Below the pieces are notes generated by a model. The model made no database searches, had not been told where the DNA came from, and worked only from the letters and a program-made list of their open reading frames with translations. Below, piece by piece: positions 1-11,640 of a stretch of 40,141 nucleotides of DNA (position 1 is its first letter; each line of letters opens with the position of its first letter). Origin of the DNA: Paraphysomonas bandaiensis (lineage: Eukaryota > Protista > Chrysophyceae). Location of the stretch: the NCBI GenBank assembly GCA_965644295.1, contig CBFFRP010000282.1, positions 1 to 40,141 on the forward strand, in the 5' to 3' direction. The translations under genes and the position numbers were made by a program.

Positions 1-224
1 ACTATATCGTGAAGTCTCTTACAAGTCATCATTACAGGAAGAAGAGCTGAGTGTGGGATCATAGAAATGATGAGATGAAGAACATCATCATTAAGATCAG
101 ATATATTCGACATGTCAACACTGATAATACGCTGAGGGTGTATGAGGCTGATGGAGTGTATATACATACACACTAATGAGATGAGGATCTATCCATAATC
201 TATACATATATACATATACATATA

Positions 225-365
225 CGTATCGGCAGCCTTTGTATATTTTTGTTCCAAGATGCCTCTAATATTGAGACAATAATTATGTGTATTTTAGCCG
301 TAGTTGTATTGCAGTAACATAGAGTATATTTGCTTCAATTTATTTCCGAAAATAAGATGCATACG
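225..365 (-). repeat. Dispersed ~140-bp repeat family R1 (MITE-like), copy 1
   Basis: Reverse complement aligns nearly throughout with 639-788, 8337-8478 and 35188-35328 (core TTTCGGAAATAAATTGAAGCAA...CTGCAATACAACTACGGCT...GAACAAAAATATACAAAGG). Confidence 0.9.
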
Positions 366-638
366 TACATGTATATACAGCAGTAGAGTTGTATATATAG
401 AGATACAGTATACAGTATATATATACTCGTACAATCAGCTCGCGATATGGTCAAATAGGGGGTTTTGGCATAAAAAAAGCCTATTTCATTTCCCATAGCG
501 GACATTTTTACCTTACCTCATTTATATAAACCCCGAGTTTTTAATAAAAAAAAACTATTTTGGGTGGCTTTTGTGAAAGTGATAATAGAAGTTAGCAATA
601 TATTGCTTGGATACTCTGTATGTGCAGAGAGTACAAGG

Positions 639-788
639 CGTATGGGCAGTCAGCATGTTATTTTTCGGAAATAAATTGAAGCAAATATACTCTATATTAC
701 TGCAATACAACTACGGCTAGAATACAGATAATTATTATCTCAATAATAGAAGCATCTTGGAACAAAAATATACAAACGATGCCAATGC
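639..788 (+). repeat. Repeat family R1, copy 2 (inverted relative to copy 1)
   Basis: CGTATGGGCAGTCAGCATGTTATTTTTCGGAAATAAATTGAAGC... matches 8337-8478 almost exactly over the first ~100 bp. Confidence 0.9.
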
Positions 789-1029
789 AAACTATACAAC
801 ACATTCATATATATATACATACTTTACCTCCATATTTTCGTCTGCTGTACATAACGATATCAGTTGAATGCAACATATCGGTACTAAACGTAAGAAATCT
901 TTAAGTACTTTCTTTTGGATGTACAGAAATGGAATTTTATGAAAGAATATAAAGACGGTTATTTTCACAAAATTGCATTTCTTCACATCCGAGAAATTGT
1001 AGAAAAGTTTGCAAAGGAATCATGTATAG

Positions 1030-1430
1030 TTTGAAACCACTTATCCTTGACTATATGAATATACTGGATGATGTATGGAAAGGTTGATGGTATTGGCATA
1101 AAGCAAATTGTTTGCTACTACCAATTCTGCAGCAACTAATTAATGAATTCGGCTCAGCGGATAGAAATAGAAATAAGATATCTGACGACGATCTCGCTTC
1201 AATGTGCAACCTACGGTTAACTCTGTGTATCAAAGTTAAGGAGCTTTCGGATGTGTCTGATATAGTTTCAGGAATTACTGAGATGAGTTCTTATACTCCC
1301 GAACAGCGAGCCAGCGCAGTGGAGTTATGGTGAAATGTGGAAAATGATCCATTGGTTGTCGAAACTGAAAATGAGGAATCTATTTCTATAACGCAGATAC
1401 CAATGGTGGATGATCTTCGTCTAAGGTAAC
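1030..1430 (+). pseudogene. 3' fragment of a pogo/Tigger-like (CENP-B/DDE_1) transposase
   Basis: Frame reads KPLILDYMNILDDVWKG*WYWHKANCLL...AVELW*NVENDP, resembling the 'LLDA..IL...W....I..CW.KA.' segment that follows the DDE_1 domain. In-frame stops, no catalytic core seen. Recognised from memory of the family only. Confidence 0.45.
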
Positions 1431-1954
1431 TTTGAATCAATTCAATGATGCCATGCGTGTTGTATATGACTTTACCATGGAAAGTAGAGGTGAGAATGCT
1501 AATACGTTGCACTACACGTTTGTTAAGAACGCTTCCGAAGTGACTAAACGTTACTTGGAGTAGCGCAAAAAATATTCGTCACAACGAACAATACAGCAAT
1601 TTTTCTCGGTGCAGAGATCTAATTCTACACTATAACTGCGTTATGTAGTGACTATGTTATACAGCTATTCTGTGTAGTTAAGAGCTGACAACGCATTCTT
1701 GTCATGTAATAACAAGGATTTCCACATAATTATACATAGGCTTAGGGGTTGTGTTAAAAATGACAGCACGCCCAATATACTGGATACTATATCTAGGGGT
1801 GGTTGTGCATATCGTTTTTTTCATTCTTGCAAAGTCCTTATTTTTGGTTTTAACCACACTCAAAAACCACACTCACCATCACAGCACAAAAAACACAAAA
1901 AACACTGTTGTTATGTACGGAAAAAACGTAACAGTCAATTCGGACTCAACTCAA

Positions 1955-3107
1955 ATGAAGTATGTGAATTCATATGACAGCAGCGGACAGCACTCCCAGT
2001 GACCCAACCACAGGGCAAAATGATGTGCAGGTAACTTCATTATATTCGACTCATTCTTATACTTAAAGATGTCTCCAAAGCAGAGCAGATCCAATACAAA
2101 GAGCGCACAGAGAAGGCTGCACGGCAAGCCAAAATAGGGGCTGAGTCGAAGAAGGCTAAAAAACAGTGGAAGCGGATTGGTTTGAGACATAAATCGTTTC
2201 ATTTGCCAGATTCAGACCTTCTCAGTCAATATCCAACGTTAGAGCTGCGAAGGCTAACGCTCCTGAGCATATTTCTTTAGTTTGTTACACCTGCACTTGT
2301 CACAACAATTGCCCGAGATATAGATCCTGAGCACCTCTTTTTCGACAGAGGAAGCTCTGAGGTGTTCACTGTGAGTAAGATATAACAAGATGCGTGCTAT
2401 TTGGATTCGTATTTATGGCGAACAATTCGTGTTTACTGGTGTCCAGAGGAAGGTCCGTCCACTGTGTTCAGGACTGGAATAATACCGAAAAGAGTTCAGA
2501 AGAAATTATCCTACGATTTCGTCGTTTGGCATACTATTTGCCGAAACATTCACTGCCAACTTTACGTGTGACAAGCTCTACTCTGAAGATGTCTCCTTGA
2601 AGTTTAAGAGTATTCTTAGAGGGATTATTAATCCGAAGCAATTTCCTGCGTTGACACGACTGGTGCAGCACGGAGTAGATATATGTGGGGAAAATAGAAT
2701 GGGTATAGAACAAAAGAAAGAAGCAAATAGTTGTGCACGCTCAGCAGAAAGATGGGAAGCAACACACAGTATTAAGTAATGCGTACACGAGGCGGACAAC
2801 CAAGGCCTCGATATCATATATGTATTCCTGTGCGTGATGACTATTACAAGCTGTTTTATGCCTATGACAAATACAACAAGCAAATCAAACAGAGGGTATG
2901 ACCACACAGGGATGGTGGCAATGGGCGTTTGGGTGAGGCGGGAGAGCACAATTCGTTTATGTTGGTTGTATAATAGAAAACACTGTCAACGCATATCGTC
3001 ATATAATGAATGTCGATTCCGAAGATTTTGAGTACTTTGGTTATTGTCAAACTCTAGCAAACGATTTGTATGAGTATGCAAGCACACTCTCTGATAGTAC
3101 TATTTAG
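1955..3107 (+). pseudogene. Frameshifted transposase remnant, tentatively piggyBac-like (DDE_Tnp_1_7-related)
   Basis: Fragments across frames: HLFFD..KL..FT (~2333-2370); GIINPKQFPALTRLVQHGVD; QIVVHAQQKDGKQHTVLSNAY; IPVRDDYYKLFYAYDKYNKQIKQRV*PHRDGG (Y..Y.....D..-type motif); IIENTVNAY...FEYFGYCQTLANDLYEY. Many stops and frameshifts; start uncertain. Confidence 0.5.
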
Positions 3108-3215
3108 CAGAGTAATACAATAAATTTAATTGATTTGGACGTAAATATATTACTTCTTATAAGTGTGGTTACTGACTGTGGTTAATGAGTGTGGTTAAGA
3201 CCATTTTTATTTGAA

Positions 3216-5776
3216 GATAAGGTTTTTTTGCGGCCCGCCAGGGCCCTCGGCCCTCGCGGGCCCGCGGCCCCCCGCGGGCCCTCTAAAATTAATTTTTTTC
3301 AGTTTTTGCCTCCTGAAGATTTTGATTTGTTATATTATTTCAGTTATTGTCTTTTAAAGATTTCGAGTTTTGAAAAAACTAATGTGATTAGTTTTTAATT
3401 TCGACTTTTTGAAAACTTAATACAAATTCATTAATAATTTTGTCATCAAGCAGGCGATTAATAATGCATGATTCTAATTCAGAAGAATCAGGGAGAAAAG
3501 ATAGTTGTAATAGCGATGATCTCCCTACAACTTTTCAGTGGGAAGGTTTCAGATACACTATCAAGCAGAGGAAGAGGCTTCAAGATGGTTCGGTATAATA
3601 TATTCTCTATCAGTAAGCCACTGATCCATATATTTAGGAAATTTGAAGGGTTATTATCGGTGCTCAAAACACCGGAAAGGAAGAACATGTGGCTGTCCAG
3701 CTAAATTGACAATTCTTGTTCACGAGCAAGCAGAAGAATCTGATGAAAAACTGATAATTTCAAAGGGGAAAGAGGAGCACAAATGTGGTGCCGCCATCTT
3801 TATATTGCCTTCAGATTCACCAACATCTGATGATAATTCCAAGGAGAGGTCGTCGTTTTGTAAAGGTGTATATGACGCAAGTGGTGAAATGAAACAACTT
3901 TGTGAAGCAATGGCGTTGAAAGATGTTTCGAAGTCCTCCATTGCGATTGCAAATGAAGTTGCGGAAACAACGCGAGCGAAATATAAGCAGCTCGGTGAGA
4001 AAATTGATATTTTTTTCTTTTTGCTGTTTTCACTTCATTTTCTTTTGCTTATTTCGGTAGGAATGCCATATAGATATCTCGAAACGTCGAAACTCAAAGC
4101 TTTGGTGTATCAGTGTAGACGTTTAGAGTTCAATGATTGGGAAGGAATTATATCGTCGTATCCGCTTGTGAACTGTGCTGATGACGACGAGAGACTATTT
4201 TTACAGTTCAATACTTCAATCAATGTTAGCAATCAGATGCAGAAGATAATTGGCTTTGCACATCCTGATTTAATCAATATTGTAAAGGGTGGTCCGGTCC
4301 ATCTGTTTATAGACTGTACTTTTAAATGTGTGCCAAAGGGATTTTCTCAGTGTCTAGTAATTATGATATATGACTACGCCTCGTCCCTATACATTCCTGT
4401 ATTTTATATATTGCTGCAATCGAAGTTTGAAGAAGTGTATTCCATGGCTCTTTATTTGAGTAAGGCCTCAACAGATTTCATGATGGAGATCATCAATGGC
4501 TCAGTGGATTTCGAGAAGGGTCTGATGAATGCTATCAAACGGAACTTTGAGGGCAAGCCTGTAACTGGATGCGCGTTTCACTGGAAGCAAGCAATCCGTA
4601 GGAAATTGTTCAGCCTGGGTATTCCCGATGAGGTGATTACGCCATTGATGAATAAAACTGGTCTCATCAACATTCTATTAACAATTCCTATTGAAGATAT
4701 TGAGCCTAAAGGGATACCATATGTGCGCCAACATTTTGACGAAGGTGTTCACCGAGCCAAGTTTGACATATTCTGGAAATACTTCGTGAAGACCTGGATG
4801 CTCTCGTACGATCCTAATGATTGGAATGTGCATGGCATTGTAACAGACGAGTCATCAACATCCCGCTTGATTAATAGAACCAACAATCCACTGGAAAGGT
4901 TTAACAGAAAGCTGAACGAGGCTTTTCCCACTGCGCATCCTTCCGTGGTGTTATATGTGAGTACTATTCGGAAGCTAAGTCAAGAATACGTCGAACTTCG
5001 AAACAAAATTCTCAGGGGTCATGCATCCCGGCCGAAACATCTGCCATTCCAGCAATTCACATTGCCAGAGGACTACGCTGCATTTGAAATGGACAGGTCA
5101 GTCCAAAGGACTAAGTTTGCGCAGCTCAACCAATACAAGTTTTTGATTGGGAAGAGCCACTATGATCCTGAGGATGGGTGCATGTACGAGGTGGTGAGAG
5201 TTGGATTTTACGAGGGGTCCATCGTTGGCTATCGCGAGCAGTGCCGACTGCAGAATGGATATGTTGTCGATGTACCCACTGATGATTGTATTTCAATTGA
5301 GGAGATAGTGAAATACACTGGATGTGGCAAGGAGTCTACAGTGACAGCCGAAGACTGTGCTTTCACCGAGGAGATTGAGACATGCTGTGTTGCCGCCGGC
5401 AGGGCTCAGACCGGCGCCAAACGCCGGAATAGGGCCGGTGGGGCCGGCCCCGGCGTTGTTTAGGGGCGGGGGCCTGGGGGCAGTGGACGCCGGCTCGTAG
5501 AGTCGAAGCGTGGGGAGCCCCCAGCTCCGAAAAATGTTTTGGTATAAAGTTGCTCTTGCTTAAGATATTAATAACTCTTGCTAAATTTGACCCTTTGCTT
5601 TGTGCGTAATACTGCCCTTTGCTTTGTGCGTTATTGTTGCTTGTGGTTGTAGTGTGTGTTGTGTGTGTTTTTAATTAAGAATTATTGTTATTATTGTTAG
5701 TTGTAGTAGAGGGCCAAATGCGGGCCGAGGGCCCTAGCGGGCCGAGGGCCAAAAAGGGCCAAAATTAAATTTTTCC
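3216..5776 (+). mobile_element. Mutator-like (MULE) DNA transposon with 8-bp TSD TATTTGAA
   Basis: TATTTGAA at 3208-3215 and 5777-5784; G...C termini; GC-rich subterminal inverted repeats CGGCCCGC[C/T]AGGGCCCTCGGCCC (3231-3253 vs 5722-5744) with multiple GGCCC/GGGCC motifs; encloses a MULE transposase. Confidence 0.85.
3464..5463 (+). CDS. MULE DDE transposase with N-terminal FLYWCH/WRKY-like Zn finger; exons 3464-3587, 3638-3994, 4061-5463
   Basis: Spliced N-terminus FQWEGFRYTIKQRKRLQDG|NLKGYYRCSKHRKGRTCGCPAKL...EEH; MULE motifs LFIDCTFK (D), VDFEKGL (D), GCAFHWKQ (CxxH), RTNNPLERFNRKL (E). GT-AG introns 3588-3637 and 3995-4060; the second is 66 bp, in frame and pyrimidine-rich. Confidence 0.9.
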
Positions 5777-7012
5777 TATTTGAAAAGTGACTTTTCAAAG
5801 AAGAAAACGACCAATTTGATTAACAAGTCTATACACAACCACCCCTGTATATATATACAGGAGATAGATACACAGATATAGAGGATATGAGTTGCACTGT
5901 AACTACTTGAAGAAGATCTTAAGGTAAATGTGTGTTCCTATCATGTAAACATAAACATACTGCTGCTACAGTATGTATCATGTGGAAAATGTCTTGTGGG
6001 GATGTGCAATTAGGGGCTTGATGTGTTTTTCATGGATTTCTGAAAAATCCATAAACACATGCCCTCTTGTGTGGCCATAGCGTGGTCCAACTGGTACATT
6101 TAGTAAGTCAACACTTAAGACATATAAAGCTAAGATTTTGCACCAACTCTTCACATTCACCCATCTAACCCACATATTCTTATGGGCGGTTCATATCTTA
6201 TGTGTAAGATACACGGGAGCATCAAGTGGTCACTCTAACCTCTAACCCATACATATAATATTGGAGTAGCCCATATCTCTCCTTGCTTGACACTATGCAC
6301 AAGAAATATTAGCCGGAATTATAATAACTACAGTATGTGTATATTACTACAGTACGTTCTCAGAATATGTATAGTATAAGGAACACTTCTTGCACTAGCT
6401 AGATGTACACTATATACTTGCATAGCAAACATGGGATTACGAGAAACCCCGCACATTCTAGGGGAGGAAGGGGGCCGGCCAATGCCCATGCTAGATCTAT
6501 ACTGAGTCATGCACTGTCACGAGAGAATCCGCGTAATCTTTGTTAGGTAATGGGAAGGTAAACATGGCCCACTAGAATCTGCTCGAATTACATATATAAG
6601 TCATGCATAGCTATGGGAAATCCCGCGTAATCGTAGCGGAGGTAAACAGAGCTGGGGCGGCAACAGAATCTGCGCGTGATCTATGCGGCCACCGACGTTG
6701 GTTTACGGGTAGACGGGTAGTACAATCTCGGTGTTATATGTGGTGTACCACCGAGTCTACTACATGGTCACGCCCTCGGAATGGGGCAATATTGCAGCAT
6801 TAATAAGGGTGCCACTTCTAATGTTTGATAAATAAACATCAAAACTCGCTCTAAAGTGAAATGATTATAATTAAAACATAGTAAAAAACGTCTAGTTACA
6901 TGAGATGGTAAAAAGAAACAAACTGTTCTAATACAGTACTAATATATAAGTTTAACATATACACGGTAGATGGCTATAAGCAGAGTCTAGTACGGAAAAT
7001 ATTACAGTAAAG

Positions 7013-8215
7013 TCATTCTGATTCTGGTTCCACGGTTCCAACATCCATAAAATGATGAATATGAGTGGCGGTCATTAGTGATTCGGTTTCTACTTCACTT
7101 ACTTTCACAGAGGTTGAAGTATGAAAGTTCGACTTCTTACGCTTGATTTCTCGTGCCTGTCGCATCTCAACCTTCAGACTTTCTTCGGGTAGATACACAA
7201 TCTTTTCCATACTCATAAAGCGAAGCGGACTACCGTAATCATACAACCCGGTATGAGGATCCTTCTCGAAGAACTCCGAGGGAGAGCAAAAATGAAGTCG
7301 ATGTAGCTCAGCAAGATTGGTGAAGTGCAAGTCATCTTCCCCAATATTGTCCAGGGTAGACTCAAGATCATCAGTAACATTAAAGATACAAAATATAACT
7401 ACTACATATATGACGCTGTTGACATAGGCTCCAAAACATGTGTCCTCGTTTTCTTCGCATGAAGTGAGGAAATGAGGTGCTAGGCATACGGGCACTATAT
7501 ACATCATAACAGATGTCATATAACGCAGAGTCCTCGGAGTACGATAGTCTCGCAATACACGAAGCTTTTCAATTGATTCTGTCAGTTTTTGACGTGGAGC
7601 CTCGTATCGGAACAGAGATGCTTCCGTGATATCATTTTCGAGCATGGCTTCATTACCAAGACGTGATAAATGACTTAAGCATCTGTATATTCGATCGTAG
7701 TAGTAATCTATTTTTTCACGGTCAGTAAAATTTGTCGTTTGTAAAAAACCACGAAAATTAAGTATTAGTTCCACAAGACAGTTGTACACGTTTACAATAT
7801 GAATTTGCTGTTCCTCGACTGTCCAAATGCCTTTATGAAGAGCCCAGTCCCTGTGAATCCAGTACGTGGAAGCAATGGACGATTTAAATGTACACAGTGC
7901 ATCAACTGCTTTTTCCCTTCGAGTGAATCCCTGTGAGAGAGCAAAGATCATAGGAAATATGATTGCAAACTGTACAGGTGATATTTCCCCTTCGAATCGG
8001 TATTTGAATACAGAACCACATAAATATACTGAAACAACAGCTAATATTGCCACTAGAATAGTATTAGATCGGCATATTTTGTATAGAAATACATGAATCC
8101 ATGAAGAGAAAGTGATTCTATTAGATGTTGCATATCTTTCCCATTCTATAACTCCGTCTTCAGCAATACTATGTATTTCAGCTGATCTACGTATGTTTGG
8201 TAGACAGTAATGCAT
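7013..8215 (-). CDS. Bestrophin-like (UPF0187-type) multi-pass membrane protein, intronless
   Basis: 400-aa ORF with two N-terminal and two C-terminal hydrophobic segments; motifs IIFPMIFALSQGFTRREKA, RDYRTPRTLR, DDLESTLDNIGEDDL (position of the E[ND]PF...DD motif). Confidence 0.7.
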   Translation of the reverse strand: MHYCLPNIRRSAEIHSIAEDGVIEWERYATSNRITFSSWIHVFLYKICRSNTILVAILAVVSVYLCGSVFKYRFEGEISPVQFAIIFPMIFALSQGFTRREKAVDALCTFKSSIASTYWIHRDWALHKGIWTVEEQQIHIVNVYNCLVELILNFRGFLQTTNFTDREKIDYYYDRIYRCLSHLSRLGNEAMLENDITEASLFRYEAPRQKLTESIEKLRVLRDYRTPRTLRYMTSVMMYIVPVCLAPHFLTSCEENEDTCFGAYVNSVIYVVVIFCIFNVTDDLESTLDNIGEDDLHFTNLAELHRLHFCSPSEFFEKDPHTGLYDYGSPLRFMSMEKIVYLPEESLKVEMRQAREIKRKKSNFHTSTSVKVSEVETESLMTATHIHHFMDVGTVEPESE

Positions 8216-8336
8216 GTAAAATAATAAATTAATTATATTAATCCATATTAATGAACATATGAGTATATATATATATGTATACTACATTGTTAGATGTTGA
8301 GATCTACCTGCCTGTAAGTTTGTATGTGATTATTAT

Positions 8337-8478
8337 CGTATGGGCAGTCAGCATCTTATTTTTCGGAAATAAATTGAAGCAAGTATACTCTATATTACTG
8401 CAATACAACTACGGCTAGAATACAGATAATTTTTGTCTCAATATTTGAGAACAAAAATATACAAAGGATGCCTATACG
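8337..8478 (+). repeat. Repeat family R1, copy 3 (most complete, short TIRs)
   Basis: Starts CGTATGGGCAGTC, ends GATGCCTATACG (reverse complement CGTATAGGCATC). Flanks GTGATTATTAT / GTGATTACCAT (9/11) may be a decayed TSD. Confidence 0.85.
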
Positions 8479-8991
8479 GTGATTACCATACATATATATA
8501 TACATGGACAGGTTGTTGTTATATTTATACGTACGTCTTTTTTGCCTCAGATGGTCATCATCAGTACCTGTTGTGGACTTGATTTGTACAGTCATACCAT
8601 GTACTCATATACTTGAATATAAGTCTAGAAGTATATACTGCAGACAGCAGTACTGACAAGAATACTACAATTTTTAACCTCGCAAAACCCCTATTTTTAT
8701 AATTCTACATTTTCAGCTGCTGTACAATATAAATATTCGTATAATATTTACACCAATCACCCCTCCTTAACCATTATTATCATTATATAATTGGTTAATT
8801 TCCTTCTGAGAATTTCACTTGACATATACACCATACATTAAATGTTCTAAACAGTTCTAATTGGCTAAAATCATACATAGATTCATTGTGATTATCTTCT
8901 GTGTGATATCTGGAGCATGTTACTATAATCCATGCTCTCATATATTCAATCAACTATACAATCATTTCATATATTTAAAATTAAAAGAAAT

Positions 8992-10623
8992 ATGATGCGT
9001 CTTAATTGTCCTGCACAAAGTTATGCATGGGGAAAATATGGAGAAAATTCACTTGTAGCTTCACTTAAAAGGTTAGATTTTTATTTGATTTGGTTTGTAT
9101 GTTTGTTTGAATTAATCTTCTATTATAGAAAATCAGATAGTTCATTTGAAGTAAGTGAATCCAAGCCATATGCTGAACTTTGGTAAGATATCTATGATAT
9201 ATTTTTGTAGTTATGTAATTATGGTTATAAGGATGGGAACCCATCCAAATGGACCTGCGACGATATCTTCAACAAACACACCACTAAAAGAATGGCTTCG
9301 TGAAAATTCACAAGCTGTTGGAAGAGTACCAGAACGTTATAGCAGTGATGATCTTCCTTTTTTGTTTAAAGTTCTCTCTGTAAGGACTGCGTTATCAATT
9401 CAGGTGCGTTGCACTCAAGTATTACTATGTCGTGGAGTGCTGATATTATTGGTATGCAGTCGCACCCCGATATTCCCCTTGCGAAGCAGCTTCATGCGAC
9501 GCAACCGCAACACTACAAAGATGCCAACCATAAGCCTGAGATGTCTGTGGCACTGACTCCTTTCGAAGCAATGTGTGGTTTCCGCCCATTACGTGAAGTT
9601 CGTCACCACTTATCTGTTTACCCCGAGCTCGCAGAGATTGTTGGAGAGGACGGTAGGTCTCTTTGTTTTTAGTAGTGCCGTGGCTAAACTTTATTTTCAG
9701 TGTCCGCTCGCTTCCTTGCGTCAAATCTAGATGACAAAGACGACGACAGTGATGCCAACCGTGCTCTTCTCAAAGATATTTTCAGTGCCTTCATGCGTGC
9801 TCCAGATGACCTAGTCACACCACTCCTTGAGAAACTTACCTCTCGTTTAGGCACTACGAACACAACCAGTGATGCCACTGAAGTGTATTCATCTCGGAGT
9901 ACACAGGAGGAGCTTCAAAAAGTTGACGCCCTGATCCTTCGGCTTCACACAGACTTCCCATCTGATAGAGGAGCGTTATGTCCACTGCTGCTAAACTACA
10001 TCGAACTCCAGCCAGGGGAGGCATTTTTTATGGGAGCCAATGAGCCACATGCTTATATATATGGTGACTGTGTGGAGTGTATGGCACTGTCGGACAATAC
10101 TGTTCGGGCTGGTCTCACCCCAAAGCACAAAGATATAGAGACACTTGTAGAGATGCTACATTACCGCAGTGGTGGGGCTCCGGCCTGTCACATGCTCCAA
10201 CCGCGGCATGTGGATGACTGTACTGTGTTGTATCGGTACGACATCTATGGCTCTCAATATATTCAATCTGATAATTTATTTACCTTAGGCCCCCGGCAGA
10301 AGTGTGTTCTGAGTTTGAAGTAGAGCGATCGACTGTCCCTGCTGGAAGTACGTACGCTCTACCGGTGTATAACTGTGGGTCAATAGCCATCGTTGTATCA
10401 GGTCATTATTTTACATGTTATTTTATATAGTCTTCTGACAAATACTATAGGCAACGGAAAATTATCAACAACCTCAGGGGACACTTTAACATCTTCTGAT
10501 GCCCCAACAGGCTCCATATTCTTTATTCCTGCATCATCAGAAGTACGGGTGGAATCAGCCCCTTGTGCAAATAGTGAATGTGTAGTTGTTTATAGAGCCC
10601 ATGTTAACCTGCAATTTCTATGA
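8992..10623 (+). CDS. MPI: Mannose-6-phosphate isomerase (type I PMI); exons 8992-9071, 9129-9182, 9232-9403, 9460-9652, 9701-10235, 10289-10401, 10451-10623
   Basis: QSYAWGK, PYAELWMGTHP, LPFLFKVLSVRTALSIQSHP, YKDANHKPEM, NEPHAYIYGDCVECMALSDNTVRAGLTPK; all introns GT-AG with consistent phases. Confidence 0.97.
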
Positions 10624-10896
10624 ATAGTTAGTGCAAGTATAGCGTTGTGGGTGGTTGATGTTTATTAAATCTTGAATCAAAGGTTTTGAACTAAGCTATT
10701 ATGTATTCAGTACATATTATTATGACTTTTCTAATAGTGATATCGAGTGCTGAAAATTTTATTCGTTTGACTGCGATGCAAGAATTTCATTTGCAATACG
10801 CAATAATGTCAGTAGTGTATATTGAATGTCTTATTATTAGCAATAGACGTGAAAAAGTCCGGACTAATGTAGCATTGCAATTTAATTAACTAGTGC

Positions 10897-11242
10897 TTAA
10901 CGCTACGTAAGCTGCTTGTGCATCACCACAAGCACCAAGATGCAACCACTTTCAAAAGCAAACGCAAAGTGATTAACATAGTTATGTAGAAAAGTGAATA
11001 ACAATAATGCAAAACATAACTATCACACACAACGGAATAGTTAGAAGTATAACTGACAATGACGATCGTTATCATGACGATCAAATATCTTCAACAGATA
11101 CAATCATTAATTCAGTTCATAATATATTTCATTGAACATTACATATACTATCCTAAGTAAAGATGAATCCTAATACTTTCGCTCTATCACTCAAAGTAAA
11201 CGCAGTGAGCAAGCAAAATGTTGCTGACATCTCCCGACTTCA
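10897..11242 (+). repeat. Repeat family R2 (TGCTTGTG-N6-CACAAGCA hairpin), split copy: 10897-10972 and 11176-11242
   Basis: The two halves match the contiguous copy at 22855-22965; the first half also matches 22418-22473. Confidence 0.75.
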
Positions 11243-11548
11243 GGAATACTATTATATATCAATTACTGTGCCACAAATTGCACGAGAGGTTCTTTGATTG
11301 AACTGTTGTCAACAATCTCCAATCAATTTCATATGAGCTTATCTTCAGAGCACAAAAGAGTTGTTCATTTATCTGTACTATGGTCAGGTTCTGATTGCAC
11401 ATTGTTGATTCATTATCGCTTCTATCTATAAATGGATTCCATTAATGACACAAATTCGAGTGTTTTATGTCCCATATTTCTTATACCTAAAGGCTGTACC
11501 GATATACCCTCGTACAATATATACGTACACATACTACGAATATATAGG

Positions 11549-11640
11549 TACTCACATACAATTTATAAGTACAGTACTCACATATAATTTATAAGTACTC
11601 ACATACAAATTAATATAAGTCCTCACGTACAATATATAGG
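11549..11640 (+). repeat. Degenerate ~22-26-bp minisatellite (TACTCACATACAATTTATAAG) x4 upstream of the ROCO gene
   Basis: Direct tandem copies visible. Confidence 0.75.

Larger units (their letters stand above)
1795..5846 (+). mobile_element. Decayed DNA transposon with imperfect TIRs (host of the nested MULE)
   Basis: Left end AGGGGTGGTTGTGCATA-TCGTTTTTTTCATTCTTGCAAAGTC; reverse complement of right end AGGGGTGGTTGTGTATA...TCGTTTTCTTCTTTGAAAAGTC. Subterminal TAACCACACTCA repeats at ~1851-1875 are inverted against TGAGTGTGGTTA repeats at ~3162-3200. Confidence 0.75.

Noticed and set aside
3468-3704. ORF-track 78-aa ORF and TTG start at 3643 for the transposase
   Set aside because: ATG 3464 plus intron 3588-3637 gives a complete Zn-finger N-terminus; these ORFs are off-frame or partial.
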